Assembly: GCA_036677065.1 (NCBI GenBank)
Contig: JAKFBS010000003.1
Location: 288,001-352,000, forward strand
Origin: Bdellovibrio sp.
GTDB lineage: Bacteria > Bdellovibrionota > Bdellovibrionia > Bdellovibrionales > Bdellovibrionaceae
Length of the DNA stretch: 64,000 nt
Direction: 5' to 3'
Under the pieces are notes generated by a model. It was not told the origin of the DNA. It did not search any database and saw only the letters and a program-made list of their open reading frames with translations. A program made the translations under genes and the position numbers. Below are positions 19,153 to 29,047 of the stretch, piece after piece. How positions within the stretch are numbered: position 1 is the first letter of the stretch; each line of letters opens with the position of its first letter.

Positions 19153-21114
19153 ATGAAAAACCTAAAAAACAAATTAAGTATCGGTTTAGCGTGTCTCACT
19201 TTAGCACAAATGATCAGCCAAGCGGCGATCGCAAGACCTTTCTACCTAACTCAAACGATGTTAGAGCAAGATCAAGTTGATGTGACTAAGGCAGCTGTTA
19301 AAAAGGCCCTTCCTAAAGTGTCGGCTGATAAAATCGAAAAGATTGCTTCATACTTAGTTTCAATTGGTTTAACTCCGGATAAAGTTAATTTTAAATTTCA
19401 ATTAACCCGTATTTTAAATTCATCAACACAATTTTTATTTTGTGAAGATGTTGAAGACTGGGCTTGTTTAGAAGGTCAGCCAATCGTTATGCCTAAATCA
19501 AAAATGCGTGTCGAAACAATGCCTAATCTTGGGGTTCCGGTTGCTGCCGGCGATTCTTTAGAGATGGAGTATTTCTTTACTCAGGGCTGGTATAATAATT
19601 ATATTAATAAACAAGAAGATTTCGTTATTCCAGAGACAACTGTAGCTGAAATCATGGCTGAAAAAATCAAAACTGAAGCTGAAAAGAAAATGTTTTTAGC
19701 GTTATATGGAATCGATGACATTCAAGATACGATGTCTTCTGTTTTTAATGCGATTGCTGATAGAGTTAAAGCTGGTGTAGCTACCTACGCTGTACTAGAT
19801 GTTTCTGATGAAGGTCAGGCGAATTCATTTTCGCGTGACTATAATATGACAAAATTACCAGACGGTCGCTATGCTTTAGGTAATAAAAAAGTTGAATTAG
19901 ATTACACTTACATTAACCCAACAGATAAAGATAACGCGGCTTTTTTACCACCAAGCTGGGCTAAGCAATATCTAACTGACGTAGCAGTTCTTGCAAAATC
20001 AATGAAACAAACTGATTTACGTAAATACTTACAAACAGAATTATTTATTAAACCACCGGCAACAACTAAAGTTTACGATCTTCAGGTCGCAGATTTAACC
20101 TGGATTGGATTGTATAGAAATTTATCAAATTACGAAGAAAATTTATCGCGCACAGCTTTTCAATATGGCAATAGTCTTCAGGTGTTGCGTCTATTAAATT
20201 CGCAAGCAAAAACGAATGATCAGGCTCGTGCACGTATCGAGTACCCATTCACAGGAATTATGCACAATAAGTTTATCGTTTTTGAAAAGAACGACGGTTC
20301 AAGATCAGTTTGGTCTGGTACAACAAACGTAGCCCGCACGTGTATGGGTGATGAATCAAATTCAAACTTAGCTATTCTTATCAAAAATAAAGAAATCGCT
20401 AATGCGTTCTTGGCTGAATTTACAGAGATGCACCAAGGCCCGAATGACAGCGCTTCAAAACCTAAAACGTTATTAACTGGCGCATTTCATGATAAAAAAC
20501 GCCCGAATACATTACGTTATTTCAAATTTAACGATGGCACTGAGACGCGCGTTCACTTTTCTCCGACAGATGACGGTGAGCACCGTGTGTTATTGCCGAT
20601 GGTTTATTCGGCAAGAAAAGGTGATTTGTTACGTATTTCAATGTTCGGTGGTGGCGGTTATGAAATGGTTCGCGCTATGCAGGCCGCAGCTGCTCGCGGC
20701 GTAGAAATTCGCATCGTGTTTGATAAATTAACGGGTGCTGGTGCAATGTCTTGGTGGAAAGCTAAAGATGGCAATTTGTTAGAGCAAAATCCATACGCTA
20801 AAAAACCAATGGGTTCAATTGAAGTCAGAAAAAATAACTGGAGTGGGTTAAACCATCATAAATCAGCTACTTTATCGCGCCGTCAAAAAGATGGTTCGTT
20901 AAGAGCTGAAATAATCATTATCGGTTCACAAAATTGGTCACAAACGGGTAACGATATCAATGATGAAAACATGGTAACAATCAGAAATAAGAAAAAAGAA
21001 TTAGATGTTATGAAAGACTTCAACAAAGAATTCGACGAAAAAATGTGGACTTCATCGACAGATGTTTCAAAAGTTAAAACTGCTGATGCAGGTCCAGCTG
21101 GTGCTGAAGACTAA
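19153..21114 (+). CDS. Secreted two-domain phospholipase D/Nuc-superfamily enzyme
   Basis: Signal peptide; HNKFIVFE...SGTTN and HHKSATLS...GSQNW...NDEN. Confidence 0.82.
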   Translation: MKNLKNKLSIGLACLTLAQMISQAAIARPFYLTQTMLEQDQVDVTKAAVKKALPKVSADKIEKIASYLVSIGLTPDKVNFKFQLTRILNSSTQFLFCEDVEDWACLEGQPIVMPKSKMRVETMPNLGVPVAAGDSLEMEYFFTQGWYNNYINKQEDFVIPETTVAEIMAEKIKTEAEKKMFLALYGIDDIQDTMSSVFNAIADRVKAGVATYAVLDVSDEGQANSFSRDYNMTKLPDGRYALGNKKVELDYTYINPTDKDNAAFLPPSWAKQYLTDVAVLAKSMKQTDLRKYLQTELFIKPPATTKVYDLQVADLTWIGLYRNLSNYEENLSRTAFQYGNSLQVLRLLNSQAKTNDQARARIEYPFTGIMHNKFIVFEKNDGSRSVWSGTTNVARTCMGDESNSNLAILIKNKEIANAFLAEFTEMHQGPNDSASKPKTLLTGAFHDKKRPNTLRYFKFNDGTETRVHFSPTDDGEHRVLLPMVYSARKGDLLRISMFGGGGYEMVRAMQAAAARGVEIRIVFDKLTGAGAMSWWKAKDGNLLEQNPYAKKPMGSIEVRKNNWSGLNHHKSATLSRRQKDGSLRAEIIIIGSQNWSQTGNDINDENMVTIRNKKKELDVMKDFNKEFDEKMWTSSTDVSKVKTADAGPAGAED

Positions 21115-21155
21115 GCTAGACCATAGTCTATTGTACAGACCAACGTCCTAACATG

Positions 21156-21187
21156 GGAGCTCAGACACACGAGCTCCTTTTTATTTT
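21156..21187 (+). terminator. Rho-independent terminator after the first PLD gene
   Basis: GGAGCTC-AGACACAC-GAGCTCC followed by TTTTTATTTT. Confidence 0.75.
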
Positions 21188-21252
21188 GATTTTAAAAAAA
21201 CATATTCTCCTTTAATCTGAAAGTGTCTGTTTTAACAGCGAAGGAGACTGCT

Positions 21253-22734
21253 ATGTTTTCATGGAAGAAAGCGGCTTTAGGAAGCTGTTTGGCATTTGTA
21301 TTTTCGTGCCAAACTTTTTCACCGTTCAATCGCCAAGTGGCGCAAGTAGAAGAAGAGCAAAATCAAGAGGTTAAGTACTTCGACCGTTTGCAAGATTACA
21401 AACCCTATAAATACGAAGTGTTATTCACAGACCCAGAGTGTGGCGTTTACACATACACACAAGAAGTATTAAGTAATAGCGGTAAAAAATTAAAACAAAA
21501 GCCAGAGAACGTTTATTGCAAAAATAAATATGACTTGCGCCGTTCAGGTGATCGTCCGCAGTCTCCGCAATACCGTTTAGTTGAATGGATTAATCAACCC
21601 AACGTTAAAGAGATTTTTTTCACGTATCTTTCTTTCAGAAATAAAACTGTAACAAGAGCTTTATGTGAAGTGGCTAAAAAGGGCGTGAAAATCCGTTTTG
21701 TGATGAGCAGCACTGAAGACACAACAATCGCTCAGGAATTAGTAGCGTGTGCTCCAGAAAACGTAGAAATGAAACTACGTGGTATGGAAGGTGACTTAGG
21801 ATACGCACATAATAAATTTTTTGTTATCAACCCAAATTCAAAAAATGAATTCAAAATTGTGTTCAGTTCTGGAAACATGACTTCTGGCCCAGTGATTCAT
21901 CACGAAAACTGGAACTTCATTACGACAAATGCTAACTCACAATTCGCCCAGGCCCATCTCTGCGCCATGAACGCTGAATGGGATGAGACTTCAGGTCGTT
22001 CACGTGCTGAGTACATCAAAGCCATTAAAAATTGCCGCGCTGATATCAAAGCTCCTGAAGAAAAAGACATCAAAGTATTTTTTGTTCCTGGTGAAGGCGA
22101 ACCTGAATTCGGTTCTAAGAAAAAAACAGCAGTAGATTTTTTGCTTAATGGTGATGTGCAGGCGGGAACTCCTGGTATCAGCAACGCAAAAAGAATCTGG
22201 TTAGCTTGTCACAGATTTTTCTATTCTAAGATGATCAGCGGTCTTTCAAAAAGAATGAACGCCTCAAACCCGAAATACCGCCCAGACATGAGAATCGTTT
22301 GTGATGATGATACTTATTATAAAGCGGTTGATGAGACTTACCCAATCGGCGATACCATGCCACAAGAATACTTCAATATGCAAAAACTTGAAGCTAAGGG
22401 TGCGAAACTTAAATTTATGGAAACTAACGGTGAAGAACACCAATTGCACCACAGCAAATATTTAATTTTTGCAGATAAAAATTCTTCAGCGAACGCAGCT
22501 GATGATTTCAACGCCGTTTTCACAGGATCGGCTAACTTAACTGGTGCTGGTTTTAACAAAAACTGGGAAAACTCTTATTACATCACTATCCCACAAGTGG
22601 TTCGCGATTTCGCATCTCACTATGTATACACCTGGGAAAAACTGGCAACGGCTGTTCCAGATCTGCCGAAGCAAGGTGTAGTTTCTGAATTTTTAATTGA
22701 TCAACCTATTATTAATAAAACGGAGAACAAGTAA
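21253..22734 (+). CDS. Two-domain phospholipase D-superfamily lipoprotein
   Basis: SD AAGGAG then ATG 21253; lipobox VFSC; HNKFFVIN...SSGN..HHEN and HSKYLIFA...GSAN...NWEN. Confidence 0.82.
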   Translation: MFSWKKAALGSCLAFVFSCQTFSPFNRQVAQVEEEQNQEVKYFDRLQDYKPYKYEVLFTDPECGVYTYTQEVLSNSGKKLKQKPENVYCKNKYDLRRSGDRPQSPQYRLVEWINQPNVKEIFFTYLSFRNKTVTRALCEVAKKGVKIRFVMSSTEDTTIAQELVACAPENVEMKLRGMEGDLGYAHNKFFVINPNSKNEFKIVFSSGNMTSGPVIHHENWNFITTNANSQFAQAHLCAMNAEWDETSGRSRAEYIKAIKNCRADIKAPEEKDIKVFFVPGEGEPEFGSKKKTAVDFLLNGDVQAGTPGISNAKRIWLACHRFFYSKMISGLSKRMNASNPKYRPDMRIVCDDDTYYKAVDETYPIGDTMPQEYFNMQKLEAKGAKLKFMETNGEEHQLHHSKYLIFADKNSSANAADDFNAVFTGSANLTGAGFNKNWENSYYITIPQVVRDFASHYVYTWEKLATAVPDLPKQGVVSEFLIDQPIINKTENK

Positions 22735-23210
22735 TGAAAAAGATTTCAGTTATAGCGGCATTATTAATGCTTGCATCGTGTGGTCATAGCCCGGTTGCGG
22801 ATATGAATCCTACATTCGATCGCTCGCCTTCAAGTACAACTGAAGTGATGAGCTGTGGTTTATTGGGTTCAACTGAAACTGCAAGAAATGCGGTTGATGT
22901 GAACGCATCTGAAAAAATTGATGATCGTCTTTTTTCATTACAAGTTGATTGCAACAAAGACCAAGTTGTTGATTTAAAGAGTGAAAAATTAGTCGTTGGC
23001 GTACCCATGAGCCAAGTTCGTCCTGGCCAAAGAGGATGGATCACTCGTTGGCGTAAGACGGCAGTTAAAGTTCAGAAAAATCAAGCTGCTAAACCTTATG
23101 TATGTATGAAGTACCAAGCAGCTTACGATCCATGCTTAGCAAACAAAAATGTTTACGGCATGGCTCCGCAGTTTTCTGGAAAAATCAATTTCGGCAAGAA
23201 AGTTAAATAG
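22734..23210 (+). CDS. Hypothetical lipoprotein
   Basis: Lipobox LASC, four further Cys, TAATG coupling with the PLD gene. Confidence 0.75.
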   Translation: MKKISVIAALLMLASCGHSPVADMNPTFDRSPSSTTEVMSCGLLGSTETARNAVDVNASEKIDDRLFSLQVDCNKDQVVDLKSEKLVVGVPMSQVRPGQRGWITRWRKTAVKVQKNQAAKPYVCMKYQAAYDPCLANKNVYGMAPQFSGKINFGKKVK

Positions 23211-23221
23211 GGAACTACCAG

Positions 23222-25213
23222 ATGAAAAAATTATTATTTAAAAAAATAGTACTATCAAGTTTATTAGTTAGTTCAGTGACGGTATCAGCAGCGGACTTCA
23301 AAGATGTTATGCCGCCGGTTCCAGCAGGTTCAAACCCAGAACAAATCTGGGCTGACTATTGCGGTGGAAACAGAAATTCTGCAGATATTCCAACTCCAAA
23401 CTACAAAAATAGAGACGTAATGAGCGCGGTAAAAAAATTAGCTATGGTTTCTCCATACAGCTTTTATTTCTACTCAGGTCCTCTTTACACATACAACTTA
23501 AAAAATGGTAAAGAATTAGTGGATGTTCCGGCTAATTTTCCTGCAGATATTAAAGAAGTTAAAAACGGCCGCAAAAATGCGAACGCTTTCTTAACTTTAC
23601 TTTGCGGTGAATTTCGTGACCGTCCAACGTTAATTAAAGAAAAAATACGTTGGGTAAACAGAATGTACACTTTACCAACAACGCCACAAACAAACATCAA
23701 TATCAGACACGAATTGTGGTCGCAGGTTTCTGCGCACTCATACCGTGGTTACATCGAAAATTCGGCAGCTATTTTCAGAGCTAAAGAAAGAGAAGCCCGT
23801 AAGTACGATGTTAAATTAGGTAAATACAATGAAGATACTCCGATTGAGCCTTTCACAGTTTGTGAAACTAAGTTTATCTTCAAAAAATATGTTGAAACAA
23901 AATCTAAGTTTGGTGTTAGTAGTTCTCCCGACTATAATGCTCATGAGGAAGAGTATGATGAAGAAGATTATGAAGGAGCCGTTGGTTCTAAGTCGAAGGT
24001 AAATAATAAGCGTGCAGTAGCCCAGGCTAAAAATAGCGCGCTTGCTGCGTATAAAAAAGAATACAACAAATTTAAAGCTCGTTGTAACCGTGAAGATTTA
24101 GATTATATCTATGACTTTCGCGGAGATTCTAATTTTAAACCAAATTCTCCTGAATCAAATGGTATGATTTGGTACTCTTCGACAATCACAAACAACTGTA
24201 CAAGAAATAAAGACGGACAATACGTTCTTAAAACAGCAGCAGTTGGTAAAGTGGCTGATCCAGATATGTGCCGCAAGTATGCAACTAACCCGTTCTCTTA
24301 CCGTTGGTCAGCAGCACGTGCAGGTTTAGCTACTTGGATGCTACGCGATCAAAAGCATGATCAAACTTTCTCTTCAGAAGGTGAATCTGTTTACATCGTT
24401 CCATCTTTAACTCCGCAAGCTGGTCCTTTTGGATTCAAAATGCCGGTAAGAGAAGAATTCTACGGCGAAGACTTATACCAAAACGATCAAGGCCAATTCA
24501 TCAAATGGGATGATAAAACTGGTGATGAAATCGTTATGACTCCAGAGCAAGTGGCTGAGCACAATGCAAACCAAGAAAAACTAAAAGCAGAGCACCAAGT
24601 AAAAATAGATGCTTCAAAATCTGTTTACACTGAATTTGTTAAATCTTGGGAAGCGCAAAAAGATGTTTTCTGGAAACGTCCTGACTTAGGCTTTAACTCA
24701 TTAACGGGTTTAGGCTCTAAAAACGTTGATAAAGGTTTTGCTTACGAGCGTATCCGCGATGCGGTTAACCGTCATACTGATTGGTATGCTTCTGGTTATG
24801 ACGATGGATCTGATAAATTACGTGACCAAGCTTACTCTCCATTCGTGGCATCATCTTATGAAATGTCAGCATCTGATGGTTTTACAGCTCCGGGTGTGAC
24901 GGTTCAGTCTCCGGCCGATGGTTGTAAACACTGGATGTTTGTATTTAAGTTGAAAAAAGATCAATGGTACAATACGCACTCTGTGCAAAACAAAGTACCG
25001 GTTAACTTCAATTACCACTGGTTTGATGAAACAAGTTTCGGTACGAATCACTTAGCTGATTCTGAACATGCATTTGACCGTTTAGGCACAACATTAGAAG
25101 GTGAAACAGATGTTATCCTTTACCTTCACAAATTAAACACTTCTGGCCAAGTTAACGAGCAATGTGGTTACGAAGAAATGGGCTTACAAGTTGAAGCCGT
25201 AGGTAAAAACTAA
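23222..25213 (+). CDS. Large secreted Cys-containing hypothetical protein (possible ART-like motifs)
   Basis: Signal peptide (VSA|A), 663-aa ORF with host-like codon use. Confidence 0.75.
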   Translation: MKKLLFKKIVLSSLLVSSVTVSAADFKDVMPPVPAGSNPEQIWADYCGGNRNSADIPTPNYKNRDVMSAVKKLAMVSPYSFYFYSGPLYTYNLKNGKELVDVPANFPADIKEVKNGRKNANAFLTLLCGEFRDRPTLIKEKIRWVNRMYTLPTTPQTNINIRHELWSQVSAHSYRGYIENSAAIFRAKEREARKYDVKLGKYNEDTPIEPFTVCETKFIFKKYVETKSKFGVSSSPDYNAHEEEYDEEDYEGAVGSKSKVNNKRAVAQAKNSALAAYKKEYNKFKARCNREDLDYIYDFRGDSNFKPNSPESNGMIWYSSTITNNCTRNKDGQYVLKTAAVGKVADPDMCRKYATNPFSYRWSAARAGLATWMLRDQKHDQTFSSEGESVYIVPSLTPQAGPFGFKMPVREEFYGEDLYQNDQGQFIKWDDKTGDEIVMTPEQVAEHNANQEKLKAEHQVKIDASKSVYTEFVKSWEAQKDVFWKRPDLGFNSLTGLGSKNVDKGFAYERIRDAVNRHTDWYASGYDDGSDKLRDQAYSPFVASSYEMSASDGFTAPGVTVQSPADGCKHWMFVFKLKKDQWYNTHSVQNKVPVNFNYHWFDETSFGTNHLADSEHAFDRLGTTLEGETDVILYLHKLNTSGQVNEQCGYEEMGLQVEAVGKN

Positions 25214-25215
25214 TT

Positions 25216-25983
25216 GTGAATTGGCTAAGGCTTAGACTTTATCTTCGCTTGTTCTTTATTTTTGTGCTGGTACCGGCGGCTATTTTTGCGTCGGTCTACA
25301 CCCTGGATCAGCGCGGTTTTTTTTCGATCGACGAGATCGAATTGAAAGTGCTGACCCAGTCAGAACAACTGAATTTTTCTAAGCCTTATATGGATAAACT
25401 CAATCATGAGTTATCTGTTTACAAAGGACAGTCGTTATGGCGACTGTCGCTGTCTGGAATCTCTGATAAATTAAAAGCTAAAAGCTGGATTAAAGATTTT
25501 CGTATTTCAAGATCATGGCCGCAAAGTTTAGTGGTCGAAATCGAATCTAAAACGTTAAGTTTGCTTTATGTGGATCAGAAAAGATTGGCAGAAGGTTTTG
25601 TTCGTCCGGTGACAAGCGATGGGGCATTGCTACCCGAGGTGGATACGACTCAAGCTCCGCCACTTGCGATGTTAAAAGGTGAAGTTTTCGTAAAAGATCA
25701 TGCTAAAAGAAAAATCGCGATCGAACTTCTAAAATCTCTTCCTGAAGATGGAAAACTCTCTCACAAAATCATTTCAGAAATCGGCTATGATACTAAAGAA
25801 GGTTACTGGGTTGAAGTTGCAAAAACGAACATAAAAATAAAATTAGGCGATGATCAATTCGCTGTAAAATCCGCGCGCGTTTCTCAGGTGCTAGATTATC
25901 TCGAAAAACGTGACCTTAAAGCACGCGTCATAGACGCAAATCTTTCTAAAAAAGTTCTTGTCAGGTTGCAGCAGACTCCTTAA
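25216..25983 (+). CDS. ftsQ: Cell division protein FtsQ/DivIB
   Basis: N-terminal TM, POTRA-like WIKDFRISRSWP, IKLG, VIDA; precedes ftsA. Confidence 0.85.
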   Translation: MNWLRLRLYLRLFFIFVLVPAAIFASVYTLDQRGFFSIDEIELKVLTQSEQLNFSKPYMDKLNHELSVYKGQSLWRLSLSGISDKLKAKSWIKDFRISRSWPQSLVVEIESKTLSLLYVDQKRLAEGFVRPVTSDGALLPEVDTTQAPPLAMLKGEVFVKDHAKRKIAIELLKSLPEDGKLSHKIISEIGYDTKEGYWVEVAKTNIKIKLGDDQFAVKSARVSQVLDYLEKRDLKARVIDANLSKKVLVRLQQTP

Positions 25984-26065
25984 GCTTAAATAAAGGACTA
26001 TCGTCTGGAAGACAATAGTCCATGATTTGCTTATTGAATGTACAACTAATAAACGAGGCTTACGG

Positions 26066-27352
26066 ATGAGTGCTTCAAAATATTCTGGACCAGTTCTAGC
26101 GTCTCTAGACATTGGATCTTCAGCTGTAAAGCTAGTGATGTCTCACGTGACTCTGAATGAAAAAAACGAAACTAATATCGAAGTTACAGGCGTTGGCTTT
26201 GTTCCTAATTCTGGAATCAAGCAAGGCGTAGTCGTTAATATCGAAGCAACGACTGAATGTATTCGCAGAGCGAAAGAAGAAGCTGAATTAATGTCGGGAA
26301 CTAAAGTTTCTGACGTATGGGTTTCTGTTTCTGGTTCTCATATCCAGTCTTTTGATTCAAAAGGCATGGTTGCTGTAAAAAATAAAGAAGTTAACCAGCA
26401 AGATATCGACCGCGTAATCGAAGCTGCAAAAGCAATTATGATTCCGGCAGATCGCATGGTTATGCACGTGTTACCACGTGAATTCAAAATCGACCAACAA
26501 GACGGTATCTCTGACCCAATCGGCATGATGGGTGTACGTTTAGAAGCCAATGTTCATATCGTAACAGCGTCTCAATCGGCAATTTCAAATTTAACAAAAT
26601 GTATCGAAAAAGCAGGGCTACGCGTAGCGGGTCTTGTGATGGATCAAGTGGCTGTTACAAAATCTGTGATCAGCGCTGATGAAAAAAACCTTGGTGTTTG
26701 CGTAGCTGATATCGGCGGCGGCACTTGTAAAATGGTTTATTTAATGAACGGCTCTGTGGCTCACACTTCAATGTTACCGGTTGGTGGCATGCACTTTACT
26801 CACGATGTGGCTGTAGGTCTTCGCACGCCGCAAGTATCAGCAGAAATTTTAAAGAAAAAACACGGCTGCGCACTGGCTACTTTAGTTGATGACCATGAAT
26901 CGATTGAAGTTGATGGCGTTGGCGGACGCAAGTCGCGCACGGTTCCGCGCAAAGAATTATCTCACATTTTAGAAGCTCGCGCTGAAGAAGTTTTAAATAT
27001 GATCGCTCACGATATTAAAATGAGCGGACTTCAGCCGTTATTAGGTTCTGGATTAGTGATCACAGGCGGATCAAGCCAATTAGATGGCATGGTTGAAATG
27101 GGAGAATTTATTTTCGATCTTCCACTTCGCCGCGGTTACCCAGCCTTAGTTGGCGGATTAAAAGATGTTGTTAAAGGTGGCGAGTTTGCAACCGCTATCG
27201 GTTTATTGTTTCACGCCTTAGAAACTAAGAAAGATTATTACGCGCAAACGCCGCAGGATCTTTCAACAACGTCATTATTTGGCGAAGCGATGTCAGATTC
27301 GATTAACGATGTGACATCAAAAATGAAAAAGTTTTTTACAGAATTATTTTAA
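26066..27352 (+). CDS. ftsA: Cell division protein FtsA
   Basis: LDIGSS, DIGGGT, VITGGSSQL; SD GAGG before ATG 26066. Confidence 0.96.
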   Translation: MSASKYSGPVLASLDIGSSAVKLVMSHVTLNEKNETNIEVTGVGFVPNSGIKQGVVVNIEATTECIRRAKEEAELMSGTKVSDVWVSVSGSHIQSFDSKGMVAVKNKEVNQQDIDRVIEAAKAIMIPADRMVMHVLPREFKIDQQDGISDPIGMMGVRLEANVHIVTASQSAISNLTKCIEKAGLRVAGLVMDQVAVTKSVISADEKNLGVCVADIGGGTCKMVYLMNGSVAHTSMLPVGGMHFTHDVAVGLRTPQVSAEILKKKHGCALATLVDDHESIEVDGVGGRKSRTVPRKELSHILEARAEEVLNMIAHDIKMSGLQPLLGSGLVITGGSSQLDGMVEMGEFIFDLPLRRGYPALVGGLKDVVKGGEFATAIGLLFHALETKKDYYAQTPQDLSTTSLFGEAMSDSINDVTSKMKKFFTELF

Positions 27353-27394
27353 TAAGTTTTTTAAAGGGAATTTTAAATCTCGGGAGGAACCCAC

Positions 27395-29032
27395 ATGTTT
27401 GAATTAGAAGAAAACGTAAATATCGGTGCTAATATTAAAGTTGTCGGCGTCGGCGGCGGCGGATCGAATGCAGTAACTACAATGATCGAAGGCGGAATGG
27501 CCGGAGTTGAATTCGTAGTCGCAAATACAGATATCCAGGCTTTGAACTCTAGTAAAGCTGGATACAAAATCCAACTTGGTGCAGATCTTACAAAAGGTTT
27601 AGGCGCTGGTGCAAATCCAGATGTCGGACGTAGATCAGCGATTGAATCTTATAACCATATCGTAGAGCAACTTAAAGGATCAGACATGGTTTTCGTTACT
27701 GCCGGAATGGGCGGGGGAACAGGTACCGGAGGGGCTCCTGTTGTTGCGAAAATCGCGCGCGAACTTGGTGCTCTTACAATTGGTGTAGTCACTAAACCTT
27801 TCGTATTCGAAGGTAAAAAACGTACAAAACACGCTGAAGGCGGCTTATCTGAATTAAAAGATAATGTTGATGCGTTAATCGTTATCCCAAATCAAAAATT
27901 ATTATCAATTGCCGGAGATAAAACTCCGCTAGTAGATACTTTCAAAAGAGCTGATGAAGTTTTACTTCAAGCGGTTAAAGGTATTTCTGATCTAATCAAT
28001 ATCCGCGGTCTTATTAACTTAGATTTCGCTGATATCAGAACTGTTATGGCGAACAAAGGTTTAGCTTTAATGGGAACTGGTTCTGCTAAAGGTGAAAACC
28101 GTGCGATTGAAGCAGCAACTCAAGCTATTTCTTCTCCGTTATTAGAAAACGTAAGAATTGACGGTGCAACTGGCATCATCATTAACGTAACTGGTGGATC
28201 TGATCTATCATTATACGAAGTGAATGAAGCTTCTATGTTAATCACTGAAGCAGCTAGCGAAGATGCTGAAGTTATTTTTGGTGCAGTTATTGATCCAAAC
28301 TTAATCGACGAAGTTCGTGTAACTGTTATCGCTACTGGTTTTGCTCATGAAGATAAAACACAAGTTCTTCCGCAAATGAACAGCATGCAAACTTTCTTAA
28401 ATGCTGGTCCATCAATCATGTTTGATCTTCCACAACAACCAATGCAACCGGCTCAATTTGCGCAACCAATGCCGCAATTTTCTCATGCTCAGCCGCACGC
28501 ACCGATGCCACAAGCTACAAATCATGCGACTCAACAAATGCAGCAAGCGCACCAGCAAGCAGCTATGTACGCGCAAATGATGCAACAACAACAGTATGCA
28601 CAGCCGCAACAATCTATGATGATGCCGCCGCAAACCCCAGCTCCGCAGCAATCTCCGGTTTTACCGCCGATTTCTCAGGTGCAAGAAGTTGTTAATTCTT
28701 TTACTCAACCTGAAGCTCCTGTAATGGCGCAACCAGAAGTTCATGCACACGCAGAAACTAACGAAACATTCGGCCAAGATTTATCTTCGGCAATTTCACC
28801 AACTGCAACTTCGGCAGCTTCGGCTCGCGATATGTTATTAGCAAAAGCCCGCGCTTTTCGCGAAACACAACCTGCTGTAGCTGAAGAAAAAAATGTAGCT
28901 CCTGAACAATTAACTATGATGACTGAAGATCGCCAGGATCGCCAAGTTGAAGACGCCCGTAAAATGGCACGCGATATTTTGGAAGTTCCAGCTTTCATCC
29001 GTAAAAAACAAGGATTTGATCTAAACACATAG
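27395..29032 (+). CDS. ftsZ: Cell division protein FtsZ with a long Q/P/M-rich linker
   Basis: [17 protein letters not shown]-terminal [11 protein letters not shown]. Confidence 0.98.
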   Translation: MFELEENVNIGANIKVVGVGGGGSNAVTTMIEGGMAGVEFVVANTDIQALNSSKAGYKIQLGADLTKGLGAGANPDVGRRSAIESYNHIVEQLKGSDMVFVTAGMGGGTGTGGAPVVAKIARELGALTIGVVTKPFVFEGKKRTKHAEGGLSELKDNVDALIVIPNQKLLSIAGDKTPLVDTFKRADEVLLQAVKGISDLINIRGLINLDFADIRTVMANKGLALMGTGSAKGENRAIEAATQAISSPLLENVRIDGATGIIINVTGGSDLSLYEVNEASMLITEAASEDAEVIFGAVIDPNLIDEVRVTVIATGFAHEDKTQVLPQMNSMQTFLNAGPSIMFDLPQQPMQPAQFAQPMPQFSHAQPHAPMPQATNHATQQMQQAHQQAAMYAQMMQQQQYAQPQQSMMMPPQTPAPQQSPVLPPISQVQEVVNSFTQPEAPVMAQPEVHAHAETNETFGQDLSSAISPTATSAASARDMLLAKARAFRETQPAVAEEKNVAPEQLTMMTEDRQDRQVEDARKMARDILEVPAFIRKKQGFDLNT

Positions 29033-29047
29033 ATCAAAAAGTAACTG

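Noticed and set aside
19153..22734. PLD genes as anti-phage defence (DrmC- or restriction-like)
   Set aside because: Both have export signals, and no helicase or methylase neighbours are present.
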